A stretch of 63,792 nt of DNA, counting the filler, from Ionaspis alba (taxonomy: Eukaryota), in the NCBI GenBank assembly GCA_964255285.1. It is 7 parts of 7 records of this genome, joined end to end, with 100 filler letters (N's around TTAATTAATTAA, not from the genome) between each part and the next. Parts side by side here need not be neighbours in the genome. Positions count along the whole stretch, not along the records: positions 18,503 to 27,518 come from CAXUUL010000688.1; positions 27,619 to 36,606 come from CAXUUL010000689.1; 5 more parts are not named here. One strand, given 5' to 3'. The notes beneath the pieces were generated by a model. It was not told the DNA's origin, did not search any database, and worked only from the letters and a program-made list of their open reading frames with translations. Every line of letters starts with the position of its first letter. Position 1 is the first letter of the stretch. Shown in pieces: positions 23,892 through 36,214 of the stretch. The translations under genes and the position numbers were made by a program.

Positions 23892-25177
23892 TCACGAAGT
23901 CCCCTCTGTCGCTCGTAGATACCTCGTAAAGCTATGGTCATCATTGGATGGCCCGGATTTCGCATCTCCATCTTCTCCTAACGCCTTCTTATATCTCCCT
24001 TCAAGACCTCCCTCCTCAGTCTCGTCTTCGTCCATCTCCTCATCGTCAGGCTCCACCATTTCCGCCTCGACATCAGAATCCATGCCGTCCTCTGAGTCAC
24101 TCAACGTGCTCGCTTCTTTCTTCTGCGCAGCCTTTGCCTTACGCAGTCCAGAAGCAGACGAGGGCCCAACGTTCATATCCTCCATCAACTTGCCCAATTC
24201 CTTTTCCCGTTTCCCTTCCTTATCCTTCGCTCTTTCGTTCTGCCGTCGCTCTAATTCAGGCTTGTAATCTCTTTCATACTCCTTGGCTTTCTCTCCAACA
24301 GCAACAAAGAAATCATCCACCCCTTGCCCTGTCATAGAGCTCACTCCTACCACACTAAGATGCTTGTAAAATTCTTCGAGCATAAGACTCATGCTATTGA
24401 GCAAAGAGCCCATATACCCGCTCCCGCCTCCAGCTCCCACACCTCCACCTTCCAGCCCCCCAAAACTACCTTCTTCCTCCTCTCGCCGCAGCGCATCCTG
24501 GAAAGCTTCGAAATCCGTCATCCATTCCTTGGCAAAAGAGGCGTCTTTGACGTCCGTCTTGTTGAAGACAAGAATCATGGGGAGCTTCGTCTTGTAGAGT
24601 ATACTACAAGCATAGAGCATGTTACTCATGAATGTGCTCGTGGAGCTCGTCCTCGGCGTATCAATGATATATGCAATCACAGTCGGAAAGGTCGAGGCCA
24701 AGGAGTCTAACAATATCGCTCCGGAGGCGCTCCATACGAACACCTCAATCTGACCTGGTGTATCAATCAATATTTGCTTGATTGGCCTGGCATTGGGTTT
24801 CTCTGGATCTGGGGTCGTGCGCTTCTCGAGTAGACCCAGAATCTGGTCGATTTTTGTGGCGAACAGATTGAGGGATGTGAGGATTCCGCCGTTAGGGCCA
24901 AGATTGTATTGCTTCATTACTTCCTTGTAGTTGACCGAGTCCCGGATATCAATATTGCTGTCGAATGGAACGTTCCGGACGGCAGGGTCGAGGTTGATCA
25001 CGTATGGTGGGGAGCGTTTGGAATGGAGATGGGAGTTGATCCTCTGCATGAAGGTGGTTTTACCTGACCCTAGACAGAGTATCGGATCAGTATTCGCTGT
25101 AAGTTTCATATATTGCTGTTTGTTCACGACGTACCGGCCATCCCGACGCATACTATTGTCACAGGCTTTTCCGCCAT
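23892..25177 (-). CDS. NPA3: GPN-loop GTPase 1 (Npa3/Gpn1/XAB1)
   Basis: [21 protein letters not shown]-loop, 'NLDPA', 'LGPNGGI' GPN loop, 'DTPGQIE', 'NKTD', acidic tail. Confidence 0.95.
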
Positions 25178-25375
25178 GGCGAATTCGCTTTGGTGGTCTA
25201 CCAAAGATTGTGATTATGACTGGTTGTGCATATCCATCTCATTCTAATTCGAACGGATAGGAGAGGTTTCAAGGTTACGACGGCAGTTCGAGGTTGCTTT
25301 GAATCTGATTGAGTCGCCCATGACAAATTTTCTACAACATAATCCTATTTTCGATATTACCAATCACTATCAATA

Positions 25376-27518
25376 ATGACACTGGAGGATTTTGAAAGGT
25401 CATTGGCCACTGAGAAAACTGTTGAAAGGGATTCTGGATCATCTAAATCACATCGAAGAAGTAAAGAAGATTCGAGACACCACCACCATCATCATAGGTC
25501 ACAGCACAGAGACTCGGAGGACGGGCACAGACACAAGAGACGTCGAAGATCCAGAGATGGTATTGAGGATCGTTCAAGCCATCATTATCACAGACATAGG
25601 AGAGATCGCAATGGCTCGGATCGACGGTTAGCAGCTGATGAAGCGGATGAATGGGTTGAGAAAGATGAAGGCTCTGCTGAAACTCCAGACGACGAGACCT
25701 TCACGACTACAGCACCAGTTGACTTGAAGCGAGATTCTTGGATGGAAGCTCCCTCCGCGCTTGATATCGACTACATACAAAAGGGTCACAAGAAAGAACA
25801 GGAGGCCACGACTTCTAGATCTACGAAGGCGGACTTCGAGCTCAAGATTCATGAAAATGAACTTAACAGGCACCACCTACAAGGGCTGAAAGATGGAAGA
25901 CCGGATCTAGAGGATACTTTGGCTCAGCCAGCTCAGCATGAGGTAGACTACGTGTTTGGAGATGCAGGAGCACAATGGCGCATGGCCAAGCTCAGAGCTA
26001 TTTACACAAAGGCTGAAGAGACCGGTCAATCTGTCGAGGATACTGCAATGGACAAATACGGCGATTTGAGAGCGTTCGACGATGCTCGAGAAGAAGAGCT
26101 TGAGCTTGATAGGAGGGAGACTTATGGGGAGGGTTACGTCGGAAAGGAGAAACCTAGTGGGGAGTTGTTTCAGGAGAGGAAAATGGCGGCAGGCAAGAGA
26201 AGGCAGGATGAAGAAACATTGAAAGCCGATAGCCAAGAGGAGGTTCCCTCTGAGATAAAACGGATTGAGACATCTGAGCCGACAGCACGGACAATCCAAG
26301 TCGATCAGACAGCTCTGAATCGTCTCAAAGCTCAAATGATGAAAGCCAAAGTTCGCGGCTCTGCTGATGCAGCAAAACTGGAAGAGGAATATAACGCAGC
26401 CCTCGCCGGCTTCACCGACCAAAAGAACCCAGAGGTAGTTATCCTCGGAACAATGGATAGCAGAATGCTCGCCAGTGGCCGGAAAGGCGAAATCAAAACC
26501 ATCGACAACAAGCGAGGCCGTGAACGGGGTCTCGTGGAAGAAAACGAAGACATGACCATTGAAGACATGGTCCGCGAAGAGCGACGCACACGAAACCAAG
26601 CCGGCGGGGAGAACCAACGCTTTGCAGAACGCATAGCCAAAGACGGCAAATTCGACGTAAGCTCTGTTACCATCCTCCACTTCCCTTTGAACCCTCCACT
26701 AACAAATTCGACCTTCAGACCGACCACGACTACCTCGACGAAAACGCCTCCAAGCTAGCCAAGCGCGTCCAAAAGTCCGAACTTAACCTCAAAAACACCG
26801 CCATCACATCCTTCCAAAAGCTCAACCGAATTCTCGACGTCTGTCCCCTCTGCCACCACGAAGACACCTCGACCCCACCTCTTGCGCCAGTCGTCTCCCT
26901 CGCCACCCGCGTCTACCTGACTCTCCCACCAGAACCCGAGATCGTTCCCGGTGGCGCCGTCATAGTGCCGATCCAGCACCGGACGAACCTCCTCGAGTGC
27001 GATGATGACGAATGGGAGGAGATTCGCGTATGTCTTTCACCATTTACAACCCTATGCCCCCTCTTCTTCCCCATATACCGCAGCATTCCGTAAATTCGCA
27101 AGAAGAAAAAAGCTAATCGCGCTCCCAGAATTTCATGAAATCTCTCACGCGCCTCTACACATCCCAATCCCTCAGCCCCATCTTCTACGAATCCGCCGCC
27201 CACCCCCACACGCACCCTCACGCACATCTAACCTGCATTCCATTGCCCACCTCCCTCGCAGCCCAAGCCCCCGCCTTCTTCCGCGAAGCCATCCTCGCAA
27301 CCGACACCGAGTGGACGGATCACAAACCCCTCATCGACACTCTGGCAGCAGCGCGGAACGGGTTGGGGAAGATGGCGTTCCGGAAGAGTTTGGTGGCCGA
27401 GATGCCCTATTTCCACGTTTGGTATAGTATGGATGGGGGTGTAGGCCATGTGGTTGAGGACGGGGGCAGGTGGCCTCGGGGTGATGGGTTTGCGAGGGGA
27501 GTGTTGGGAGGTATGGTG
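25376..27518 (+). CDS. CWF19: Spliceosome-associated Cwf19 (CWF19L2), 3' truncated by scaffold end
   Basis: 'YVFGDAGAQWRMAKL', 'FDDAREEELELDRR', 'DMTIEDMVREER', C-terminal 'CPLCH', 'IVPIQHRTNLLECDDDEWEEIR', 'MPYFHVW'. Two introns. Confidence 0.92.
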
Positions 27519-27618
27519 NNNNNNNNNNNNNNNNNNNNNNNNNNNNNNNNNNNNNNNNNNNNTTAATTAATTAANNNNNNNNNNNNNNNNNNNNNNNNNN
27601 NNNNNNNNNNNNNNNNNN
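27519..27618. other. Artificial scaffold-joining spacer
   Basis: N44-TTAATTAATTAA-N44. Confidence 0.98.
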
Positions 27619-27877
27619 GTGGATTCAGACGTTCTTGGCGGTAGGCCGCCGCCTCTCAGCCTTGTAGGGTTTCATATGGGATTGAGGTCTTGAACGTGTA
27701 ATACGCTGGGCTGCTGTTGCGGTCGTAATGATTGCTGAGACCCTTCTATTTCTTTGCGTTTAGGACGATGTTTACTGCGACGTATCGTCATTAATCTTAC
27801 CTATCCATGAGGGCGGCAAATTGAGGTCCGTCGAACGGTCACTCTTGAAAAATTCTGTTTCCTTGGTTGTTAGATCC

Positions 27878-28999
27878 ATGTCTTCCGTGAAGGACAATCC
27901 ATGTCCAGTCCTTGTCTTGGACGGTGGTCTAGGGACGACTCTGGAGTCGCCTCCATACAATGTCAAATTCTCTTCTTCAACTCCATTATGGTCTTCTCAT
28001 TTATTACTATCATCACCTGAAACTCTCTTGGATGTACAGAGAGAATTTTTCAGAGCTGGAGCAGATATCCTTCTCACAGCCACATATCAGGCTAGTCTCG
28101 ATGGCTTTGCTGCCACCTCAAAGTTGTTATATGGAGCAAAAGATCACAAGATGGATTCAAGAGGTATACTGAATGCCTCAGGCAACGATGACCACAAGGA
28201 GGCAGAGGATCTTATGCGCAGCGCTGTCACCATTTCCCGAACAGCATTCTCCCCCTTTCCCTCCCAATCCAGTAGACAGAAGCTTGTGGCTTTGAGCCTG
28301 GGAGCTTACGGAGCATGCATGCAACCCTCACAGGAATATACCGGCGACTATAAACCGGAAATCATGACCACCAGGCCAGGCCTTGCGAAATGGCATGCAG
28401 ATCGTCTAAGAATCTTCCGAGGCTCCAGCACTACCTGGGATGGTATTGACCTCGTTGCTTTCGAAACCGTGCCACTCCGTAATGAGATTCTCGCCGCCAG
28501 AGCTGCTATGGGCGGCCTGAATACTGAACTTTCTGAAAAGCACTGGTGGATTAGCTGCGTGTTCCCAAACGACGATATGAGGCTGCCAGATGGGAGCATG
28601 GTGATGGAAGTTGTAGAAGCAATGCTAGGGTCTGACATAAAAAGCTCGCCGAGACCTTGGGGGATCGGTATCAACTGCACAAAGGTAAGGAGACTGGAAG
28701 CGCTGGTTCTAGAATATGAAAGAGCGGCGCGGGAAATACTTCATGAATGTGAGAAGCGGCCTTGGCTGGTGATATACCCAGATGGAACAGATGGTCTGGT
28801 TTATAATACCAGCAAGCAGGTTTGGGAAATGCAAGAGGAAACGAATGGGCGAAGTAAGAAGGCATGGGACGAGGAGGTCTTTGAGATTGTGAAGAGGACG
28901 AGGGAGAGAGGATTTTGGGAAGGCATTGTGGTTGGAGGTTGCTGCAAGACCTCACCCGAGGACATTGCACATCTGAGGAAGAGAATCGACAAGATGTGA
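27878..28999 (+). CDS. Homocysteine S-methyltransferase (Mht1/Sam4 family)
   Basis: 'VLDGGLGTTLE', 'PLWSS', 'AGADILLTATYQAS', 'AFETVP', Zn ligands 'GINC' and 'GGCC'. Intronless. Confidence 0.93.
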   Translation: MSSVKDNPCPVLVLDGGLGTTLESPPYNVKFSSSTPLWSSHLLLSSPETLLDVQREFFRAGADILLTATYQASLDGFAATSKLLYGAKDHKMDSRGILNASGNDDHKEAEDLMRSAVTISRTAFSPFPSQSSRQKLVALSLGAYGACMQPSQEYTGDYKPEIMTTRPGLAKWHADRLRIFRGSSTTWDGIDLVAFETVPLRNEILAARAAMGGLNTELSEKHWWISCVFPNDDMRLPDGSMVMEVVEAMLGSDIKSSPRPWGIGINCTKVRRLEALVLEYERAAREILHECEKRPWLVIYPDGTDGLVYNTSKQVWEMQEETNGRSKKAWDEEVFEIVKRTRERGFWEGIVVGGCCKTSPEDIAHLRKRIDKM

Positions 29000-29209
29000 A
29001 AGCTTATCTTGGCATATGTCGATGAAATGCGACTAATTGATCTTCGAAACCAGCAACTCTGAGGTTTCATCACAAGGAGGCGTCGCTCATTTCTCTGTCA
29101 GTTACACGACAAACCACGATTATCAAGAGGAAACACGAATAGAACTACCACTACTGATAAGTCTATTCTCCAATGTGAGAGAGGCCTCCCCTATCAACAG
29201 CAACAATAC

Positions 29210-30061
29210 TCAGCGTCCGATATAAGATCCATTCTCATCATACGAATTGAGCATAACCAGAAGTTCACGTTCTTCGCGGTCCCGCCTTTTGGCTTCATCT
29301 TCTACGTCCTCGTCCTCATCCTCTTCTTCCTCCTCATCGTTTTCCGAAGTCTCTTCTTCATCCTCTGTTTCGTCCTCTCTCTCACTCTCCTCCGATTCAT
29401 CAGAGACTGATATTCCCTGCAAGGCCACAAGAACATCAGGAAGATCGCGAAAACAGCAGTAACTTTTTGCCAGGCCTGCCAACTCTATCATCTTATCATT
29501 CCAACCATCATTGTTCCACACTCTCTTCCGTTCGTCCAATGTCAAGCCGTCCACAATCATCATCATTGTTTCATCCAGGAGCGAGGCCCTTTGAAAATGT
29601 AGTTGCACACGATGTCCTAGCTCGCTATTGCCGGAGAGGCATATGCTCTTCCCGATCTTGCGCAAGGTCTCGAGACCATTCTTCTTCGTCGCGAAGCTTG
29701 CATGTACCGGACACTTATCACGAATCATGCGGATGCAATCTTCTACTTCTTCACATGCTTCCCAGGACTTGTCGTATTGGCGGCTGCCAGAGAGATGTTT
29801 GTACGTGACATTGATCGTTTTCCAGGCTGACTTGGAAAGGTGGTCGAAGTCGATTACTTTGGCGCTCTCGGCAGCTTTGAGTTTTTCGCTGAATCGAATG
29901 ATCAAATCGGCGACATCGGGGTGGAGCTTGGATGCGTTAAGCAATAAGGCGGCGACATCCTCTGACGGCAGCGAGAGGATAATCGGCTTGCAGTCGACTT
30001 TTGAAGGGTGCGATGTGCCAGCGGTATCGGCGCGTTGACGCTTGACGGGAGGGTTGGACAT
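29210..30061 (-). CDS. Hypothetical protein with N-terminal NLS-like motif and acidic C-terminal tail
   Basis: About 283-aa ORF from MSNPPVKRQR. Globular helical core 'FDHLSKSAWKTIN...TKKNGLETLRKIGKSICLS' and a D/E-rich tail. Confidence 0.75.
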   Translation of the reverse strand: MSNPPVKRQRADTAGTSHPSKVDCKPIILSLPSEDVAALLLNASKLHPDVADLIIRFSEKLKAAESAKVIDFDHLSKSAWKTINVTYKHLSGSRQYDKSWEACEEVEDCIRMIRDKCPVHASFATKKNGLETLRKIGKSICLSGNSELGHRVQLHFQRASLLDETMMMIVDGLTLDERKRVWNNDGWNDKMIELAGLAKSYCCFRDLPDVLVALQGISVSDESEESEREDETEDEEETSENDEEEEEDEDEDVEDEAKRRDREERELLVMLNSYDENGSYIGR

Positions 30062-30290
30062 ATCGAACACAATTTGATGCGACAATTATGAGAATGCAAT
30101 CCACCTCGTGGTCTCCACCTTGCATTGAACAGAGCGCGTGAGAGTTCGCGTCGTGATTGAAGGCGCGTCGAGCCTGCTGATCCCTGCAGGACTTGCCGAA
30201 AGCTTTATCCCTGCTAGCCGCAGGGCCTTGTGGCTTCAACCATGCCTCCGCGATTATCACATGTTCCAGGAGTGAATTCTCCGTCTCACA

Positions 30291-31043
30291 TTAGGCCATT
30301 TGCTGAACAGCCAGCTCGAGTGCTCTCAATGCCCTCATCTCCTCATCTTCACCTCTTCCCTCGTGCCATCCCTGGCGTGCTTCCGGTCTCGTACCCCGCT
30401 CTTCTCTTCTCCTCCTCCTCCAAGCAATGGGAAACGCATATATGAAAAACCCTGCACCGAGTTCGAACGCAACAATCGCAAATCCAGCCATGATGAGCAG
30501 GGTCTCCATGAAGTTACTCGGCCGTGCCTCTTCTAGCCAGCCGTCGCAAGTGGAGATAAGCACACAAAGCGAGGCGCAGAAGGTCAGGAAGCTGTGGCTG
30601 ATGATGAATGCCCCGTCTACATCCACGATCGGGGAAGACGACATTGCGCGTTGGCCAGTCATATCTAGCCAGTGGAGATGCTCGTTCCAATAGAGAGCAC
30701 TAAACTCAACTATCGAGATTATTACGAACACCACACAAAGTCCGCCCCAGATGTCGGCCAGGTTCTTCTTGATGGCAGTGTCCTCGATTGCCTGGTACAT
30801 CTTGTCGAGTTCGCTCGTGATGTGACAGAAGGCGGCAATTAGAAAAACCATCTCGAGGATGCAAAGATGGATGAAGGCGCCTGCGAATGCCTGTCGATGG
30901 TCGTTGATGGCTGCCGCAAGCCATCTTCCGCTGGATCTATCCTGGGTCGCGCACCAGTACGAGATGGTGTACGTGAATGCGATGAAGGCGTTGGCTACGA
31001 CAAGGAAGATGAGGCCAAGGTTGAGGAGTAGGAATGGGTCCAT
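30291..31043 (-). CDS. Hypothetical multi-pass membrane protein
   Basis: 250-aa ORF with about 5 hydrophobic segments and an RRRRR stop-transfer after the last; pyrimidine-rich 5' leader. Confidence 0.65.
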   Translation of the reverse strand: MDPFLLLNLGLIFLVVANAFIAFTYTISYWCATQDRSSGRWLAAAINDHRQAFAGAFIHLCILEMVFLIAAFCHITSELDKMYQAIEDTAIKKNLADIWGGLCVVFVIISIVEFSALYWNEHLHWLDMTGQRAMSSSPIVDVDGAFIISHSFLTFCASLCVLISTCDGWLEEARPSNFMETLLIMAGFAIVAFELGAGFFIYAFPIAWRRRRREERGTRPEARQGWHEGRGEDEEMRALRALELAVQQMA

Positions 31044-32152
31044 GTTGGTAGTACTAAGAGGGAATGGAGAATTACTGTGCTTGGAATTGGGAGATGATGA
31101 AGGGAGGAAATTTGAGAAAGTGGTATGTAAATCGAGGGAAAGAGAAGAGAAGATAGGAAAGAGGGAGATAAGAAGGGGAAGAGATTTAGATCGAGACCTT
31201 CAGTAGTGGAAGTCTGTGGCCGAATTAAGCATCAATTCGAGTTACTGAGCTGTGGTCAAGCAATGCCATGGAAGTCTATACAGAAGTGAACCATGGTCTC
31301 AAGGGGAAAAGTCAAATTGACGACATCGTGATGATTCATATCTATATCTTTAATCGCAGAGATGAGAAAGTTTGGAGGATATATAGGAGCACTCATGACA
31401 TTATATAGAAGAAATGAAGTAGTGTTCTTGTGGTCCAAAATTTGCAATTCTTCGATAGGAACATGGCGCGTCGAAAGGCAGGCGCTCAGCAGCCATAGTA
31501 GTGTAATCATCCACTATACTACTGTTCTCAGATGTTCTTCCGATATTGCAAGATGACTTGCTTCACTCACCACAGTCGTCTCAGTCAGTATCTGGCCCAG
31601 GTAATTCGACAGAGAGCTCTGCTCTTCTGTATCTCTGAGGCCTCCGTATGAATTATTGAAAAACATGTCATGTCCCAGTGTTTCGATCGGAGACACTGAT
31701 GGCTATAGGGAAAAGCTCCTGCTAGAAGCAATTGTGGTGAGTAGACATGACAGGCTTCACGAGTAGCACAACGGGCAAGAACTTCCTCAAGGTCTCCATG
31801 TACAATATGTACAATGCGTACAATGACATACACGATACCATAATATCTCGATATATGAGACTGCCAGTACTTGCAAATCAAGACCAACAAAGATGTTATT
31901 GCACAACCATCGAGACAATGTGTTATGGGTTTAAGTTGCTCAGTATTGTTCTATGGACCATTTTCAGTAACGATGAGGCTGTGTCGCATCGTTGCTCCCA
32001 GGGCATCTCAAGGCAACGCTGACTCCTCAACACTCGATCGAATGACCTCCAATCCTACCAAAGGCTGCTTCTTTTCTGCCGCCTAGCTCTGTCGGCTGGG
32101 ATGCAAGATCTTTCACTAATTTTCTCCTAGATATGACGGGTCTTGGTGCAGA

Positions 32153-32470
32153 TCAATATGTCCAGAGCTGGAACTGCCTTCGTCCACCTGATGTCTCCTT
32201 TCCAAATNNNNNNNNNNNNNNNNNNNNNNNNNNNNNNNNNNNNNNNNNNNNNNNNNNNNNNNNNNNNNNNNNNNNNNNNNNNNNNNNNNNNNNNNNNNNN
32301 NNNNNNNTCAATATGTCCAGAGCTGGAACTGCCTTCGTCCACCTGATGTCTCCTTTCCAAATCGGCCCGTCCCGCGAAAACCGTAGACCAGAGCTGGAAC
32401 TGCCTTCGTTTATTTGATCTCTTCTTTCCAGATCAGCCATCTCCCTCGTCCCGCGAGAACCGCGGACCAG
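32153..32470. repeat. Degenerate tandem repeat (71-79 bp unit) plus a 55-bp duplication across an N gap
   Basis: 32153-32207 is identical to 32308-32362 across gap 32208-32307. Units starting CCAGAGCTGGAACTGCCTTCGT lie at 32317 and 32388. Confidence 0.85.
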
Positions 32471-32809
32471 GTCTGCGTGGACCGTTCCCGACCATCTCCA
32501 GCGCTGAGAAGATAGTTCTTTGCGATCCCGAGCTCTGTCTGTAGCAGCCGGAAGCAGTCGAGCCAACTCGCCACCATGCAGACGTGAGTCCTGCGATACA
32601 CCCTCCTTTCCAGCAGCTGAAAATCACGTCTTCAAAACTTGATTCTGTCTCTTGATGAGAACATGGCGAAGTCCTTTCGGACATAGGAAATGTAACAGCG
32701 TTGACAAAGAGCGTAGCAATCACGCAACAGGCGCATGAATGACAATGCACCCCGACGCATGCACGAAATATTTGGGACAAAAGCCACGACTGTGGTACTG
32801 GGAGTTTCA

Positions 32810-33130
32810 GGATACGAGCACGAGAGAGCGAGCATGCCCGACAGAGCAAGAGGGCACGCGAGCACGCGAGCATGTGAGGATGAAGTAGAGAGCAGAGAGA
32901 GCACGCCAGCATGCGAGCATATGAGGTGGAGGCAAGGAGGAGTGGAGGAGTGCATGCAAGCTTATGGGAACGATGCAGAGAGAAAATACGCGAGGACCCG
33001 AGAAGAGCACGCGAGCGCATAACGACAGGAGTCGAGGAGGTGGGTATGAGAGTGGAGAAAGCAAAAGCAGGAAGGAAGATCACGAGCAAGCAAGCAAGAA
33101 GAAGCAAGGAGGTCGACGGAGCACGCGATG
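32810..33130 (+). repeat. Purine-rich low-complexity tract with recurrent GAGCA(C/T)G / GCACGCGAGC words
   Basis: Many GAGCAC, GAGCAT and GCACGCGAGC variants; few T on the + strand. Confidence 0.6.
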
Positions 33131-36008
33131 GATATCCTGTTCGGGTATCCTGCACTCCGCTGATGACCGCATAAAGTAGTTCATGCATGTTTTGTTTCCG
33201 TGCTTGAAATGGGATTTGACCCTGGGTGCCTGGTCGCTTTGGAGGTTGGACCGAACCACACCTCTCTGTAGCCTCTGGGTCATCATTATGTTGAGTTGTG
33301 TGGTGCTGCCTGCAAAGACAACCTCACGATCCCACCATTCCGGAGGGCAGCTCCCTGCCAATCGCGATCGCTGCCAGCAAAACTCTTCCTCCGATTCGAC
33401 ATGTTCTCAGCTGCTGTCTGGAAAGTTGTGGAGTGCCTGTAAGAAAAAAGCCGCAAACAACCACGAATCAGACATGCGGCAATCAAGCAATCGAGGCCGG
33501 CTGACAAGAAAGAAAAAAAAGGCGCGGCACATAGATCATTGGAGGTACAAAGTCAATGTACCGGAAGGTTTTGGGGAGGCTGCACCTTGGCAGGTGATGC
33601 CGCCCCCTATCTAAGACGGTTTTTAGAGGGCCAATCTTGTTGGAACAGCTCAGTCCGGATGATCTGGTGGGCCGCCTTCCATAGTGTATCCAACCGTGTC
33701 GCTAGTATTATCTGATCGAGTCTACTCGCTGCCTAGCTTGGAGCGATTTAAGCGGGAATGGCGATAATGCCCCTTGGACGTGGGACTATGGGAAAAAAGG
33801 AAAATCTACGACGCGGGAGAGCCTCGGGATCAGCCTACAGGATCATGGAAGTAGCAGTACAGTACATCCCTCCGACAATCTGTTGTGAGATATAAATAAC
33901 CAGACTCTAGTCGAACTCTAGCAAAATCCCACTGGACATACGCAAACTCCGCGAACTCTCCCCTTTCCCCTGCAGTACCGACCGATCGAAGAGCAATCCA
34001 GATGTCCAAATTGCATGTGTTGCTTTTCTGTGCTTGTGAATAATTGAGTTCCACCGCGTTACGATGTATCTGTGCAATGTCTGGTTACACTTCCGCATTT
34101 GGATTTTGTCTTCTTCGTCCTCCTGCTTCCTCTCCAATCCATTGTATGGTCCGGATCACCGAGGGATAAAAGGGGTGTGTTGTGCTGTGATGTGATAATG
34201 ATGACCAAAGCTCTCCTACCGCATAGCTGCCTTCCACAAGGCCACCAGCCAAAAGCTAAAATACCTCATGATCCCCTCGCATCGCTCGATATTTCAGCCG
34301 CCGTCGTGGGAAATCCCTGCTTGGCATGCATGCGCCAAATATTGGACTCATTTGCTTGTCACTTCGTATTCGATCTGCTTGATACCCTGATGGGACTAGC
34401 CGCCTGTATCTAATCAGATTACGATCGGAGCTTGCTTCAACCAGGGATAGAGTGCGGGGGAGACGGTTTAGCGACTGGGGGCGGACAGGCAGATAATGGA
34501 ACAGAGGGCGCTATTCGGGCTTGCGCCACACGTCCTTTGCGCCGTTTGGCGCGATCTGCAACGCGTAAGCCTTATTTCAGCTATGCTCCCTTTCCGCCCT
34601 TGCCCAACTCGAGGAACCTCAACCTCACCTCGTCCTGTGAACTCTATTCGTTACTTCTTCCGCCGGAGGATTCTGCATTTTGCTTACCCCCAGTAACCGT
34701 CGCACGCATACTCGTGAGTCCGAGCAGTGTATGTCGGCTTTAGCACTGAGATACGGGAGTCGAACTTAATTGCCGAATGGGTAAGAGCTAGTGACGCCGG
34801 TTCTTCGAAACATGCCGGTGGAAGGGAAGCTCGAGGCTACGAACGAAGGGACAGGAAACCATTGCCTGCTGCTCGCGTGTCTCCTTTGTATGATGTATGG
34901 TGAAGATCGGCAGTGATTGCCGTCTTCCAAGCTCGACAGCTGCCAGCGCTTTACCTTTTCCTGTCAGCTCTATCCTCATTTCGTCCGGTCCGTTACTGCG
35001 CCCAGACCGCCTCCTTCCTTCGGCAACAACACATCTACAGATCTGCAAGACACAAGAGCTAGGGAGCCAAGCCGACGGCAATGGAGCATCAGGAATAGCT
35101 GCGAAATCCGGTGTTCTTCGGACGAAGCACACGTCGAAATCCTTGCGTCAATCAAGTTATTCCGGAACCATATGCATATGTGGGTGTAGCGGGACCACCC
35201 CTCATCCTAGCTCTATAGGGGTGCCCTGACTGGTCGATACGTGTGGCAGTGCCTGCCGTTGCCTACTCGTCAATGTCCAAGCGTCCCTGTCTATCACTGC
35301 TTTTCGCAGCCCAGAGCCAAAGCACCGGTGTTGTGATTCAGCCTGCAGTGATTTTCTTCTGCTGCTGCCACGTCCTGCTGCTATCAACAAGCTACGGAGA
35401 TTTCATGTGATTTCCTTGCCGTCGATCGTTCTAACAAGTCTGGAACGGATTCTCCTATGTTTACCAGCAATTCCTTCTCACCCTGCATTTGTTATACAAC
35501 ATTATGGTCAATACATGATCGAAAACTGGCTGCAATTGCACCATCGTAACAGTGCAGCGTGCGTCAACCTTGCTTGATGTTTCAATATCGCTCCCACCCT
35601 AAAAGCCCTAGTCACGTTTGTTCTAGCCTTTTACACGTCGACTGTTTCTGGCAACAGGTCACACGACCGCTTGAGCACCCCTTGGGTAGCTAGTGGCTCC
35701 AACTTACTTCCACCCGAGCTTTGTCGGAGCGAAGCTTAACGACAGCCATCAAGTGCTCGCGATGTTGCCCTCCAAGCCGGCTTACAGCGCCAGGTGCATG
35801 TCGATGCAATGCCAGCTTTCTGCCGCTGACGATTTGCCCTCCACCAAATATACTTTATTGAGTAAGAAATATTGGCATGTACGTGGACCCGGAGATCGGT
35901 TCGTCTCCTGTTCCAAATGCCTCGTTAGTTCCCAGAGCGCCAAAGGGCCGAAGCACATGGAAGCAATTGCTTCGTCCACTTGGGCGTTCGCTTAGGATGG
36001 ATCTGGTC

Positions 36009-36016
36009 TATATAAA
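36009..36016 (+). promoter_or_regulatory. TATA box of the secreted K/S-rich precursor gene
   Basis: TATATAAA about 200 bp upstream of ATG 36215, followed by a C/T-rich leader. Confidence 0.55.
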
Positions 36017-36214
36017 CTCGTTAGTTTCCCAGGTTCTCATCATCAGCACGTCCTTCCCATTGTGCCAGCTGTCAAAGATCCATACATTCTTTCCCAAAGC
36101 CTTTCGCTACGTCTAGTGTTCCACTAAGACGCCAGTCCCATCACTAGCATCCCACATCTCACCTTCACTCATCGATCTCAGTCACTTGTCTGAACCCATT
36201 CCTCACTACACAAT

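Noticed and set aside
7260..28999. Methionine-metabolism cluster (MetE-like enzyme + homocysteine methyltransferase)
   Set aside because: The genes are on different concatenated scaffolds, so there is no evidence of linkage.
32433..33188. 251-aa minus-strand Leu/Cys/Ser-rich ORF
   Set aside because: A by-product of the low-complexity purine tract; no recognisable domain or codon bias.
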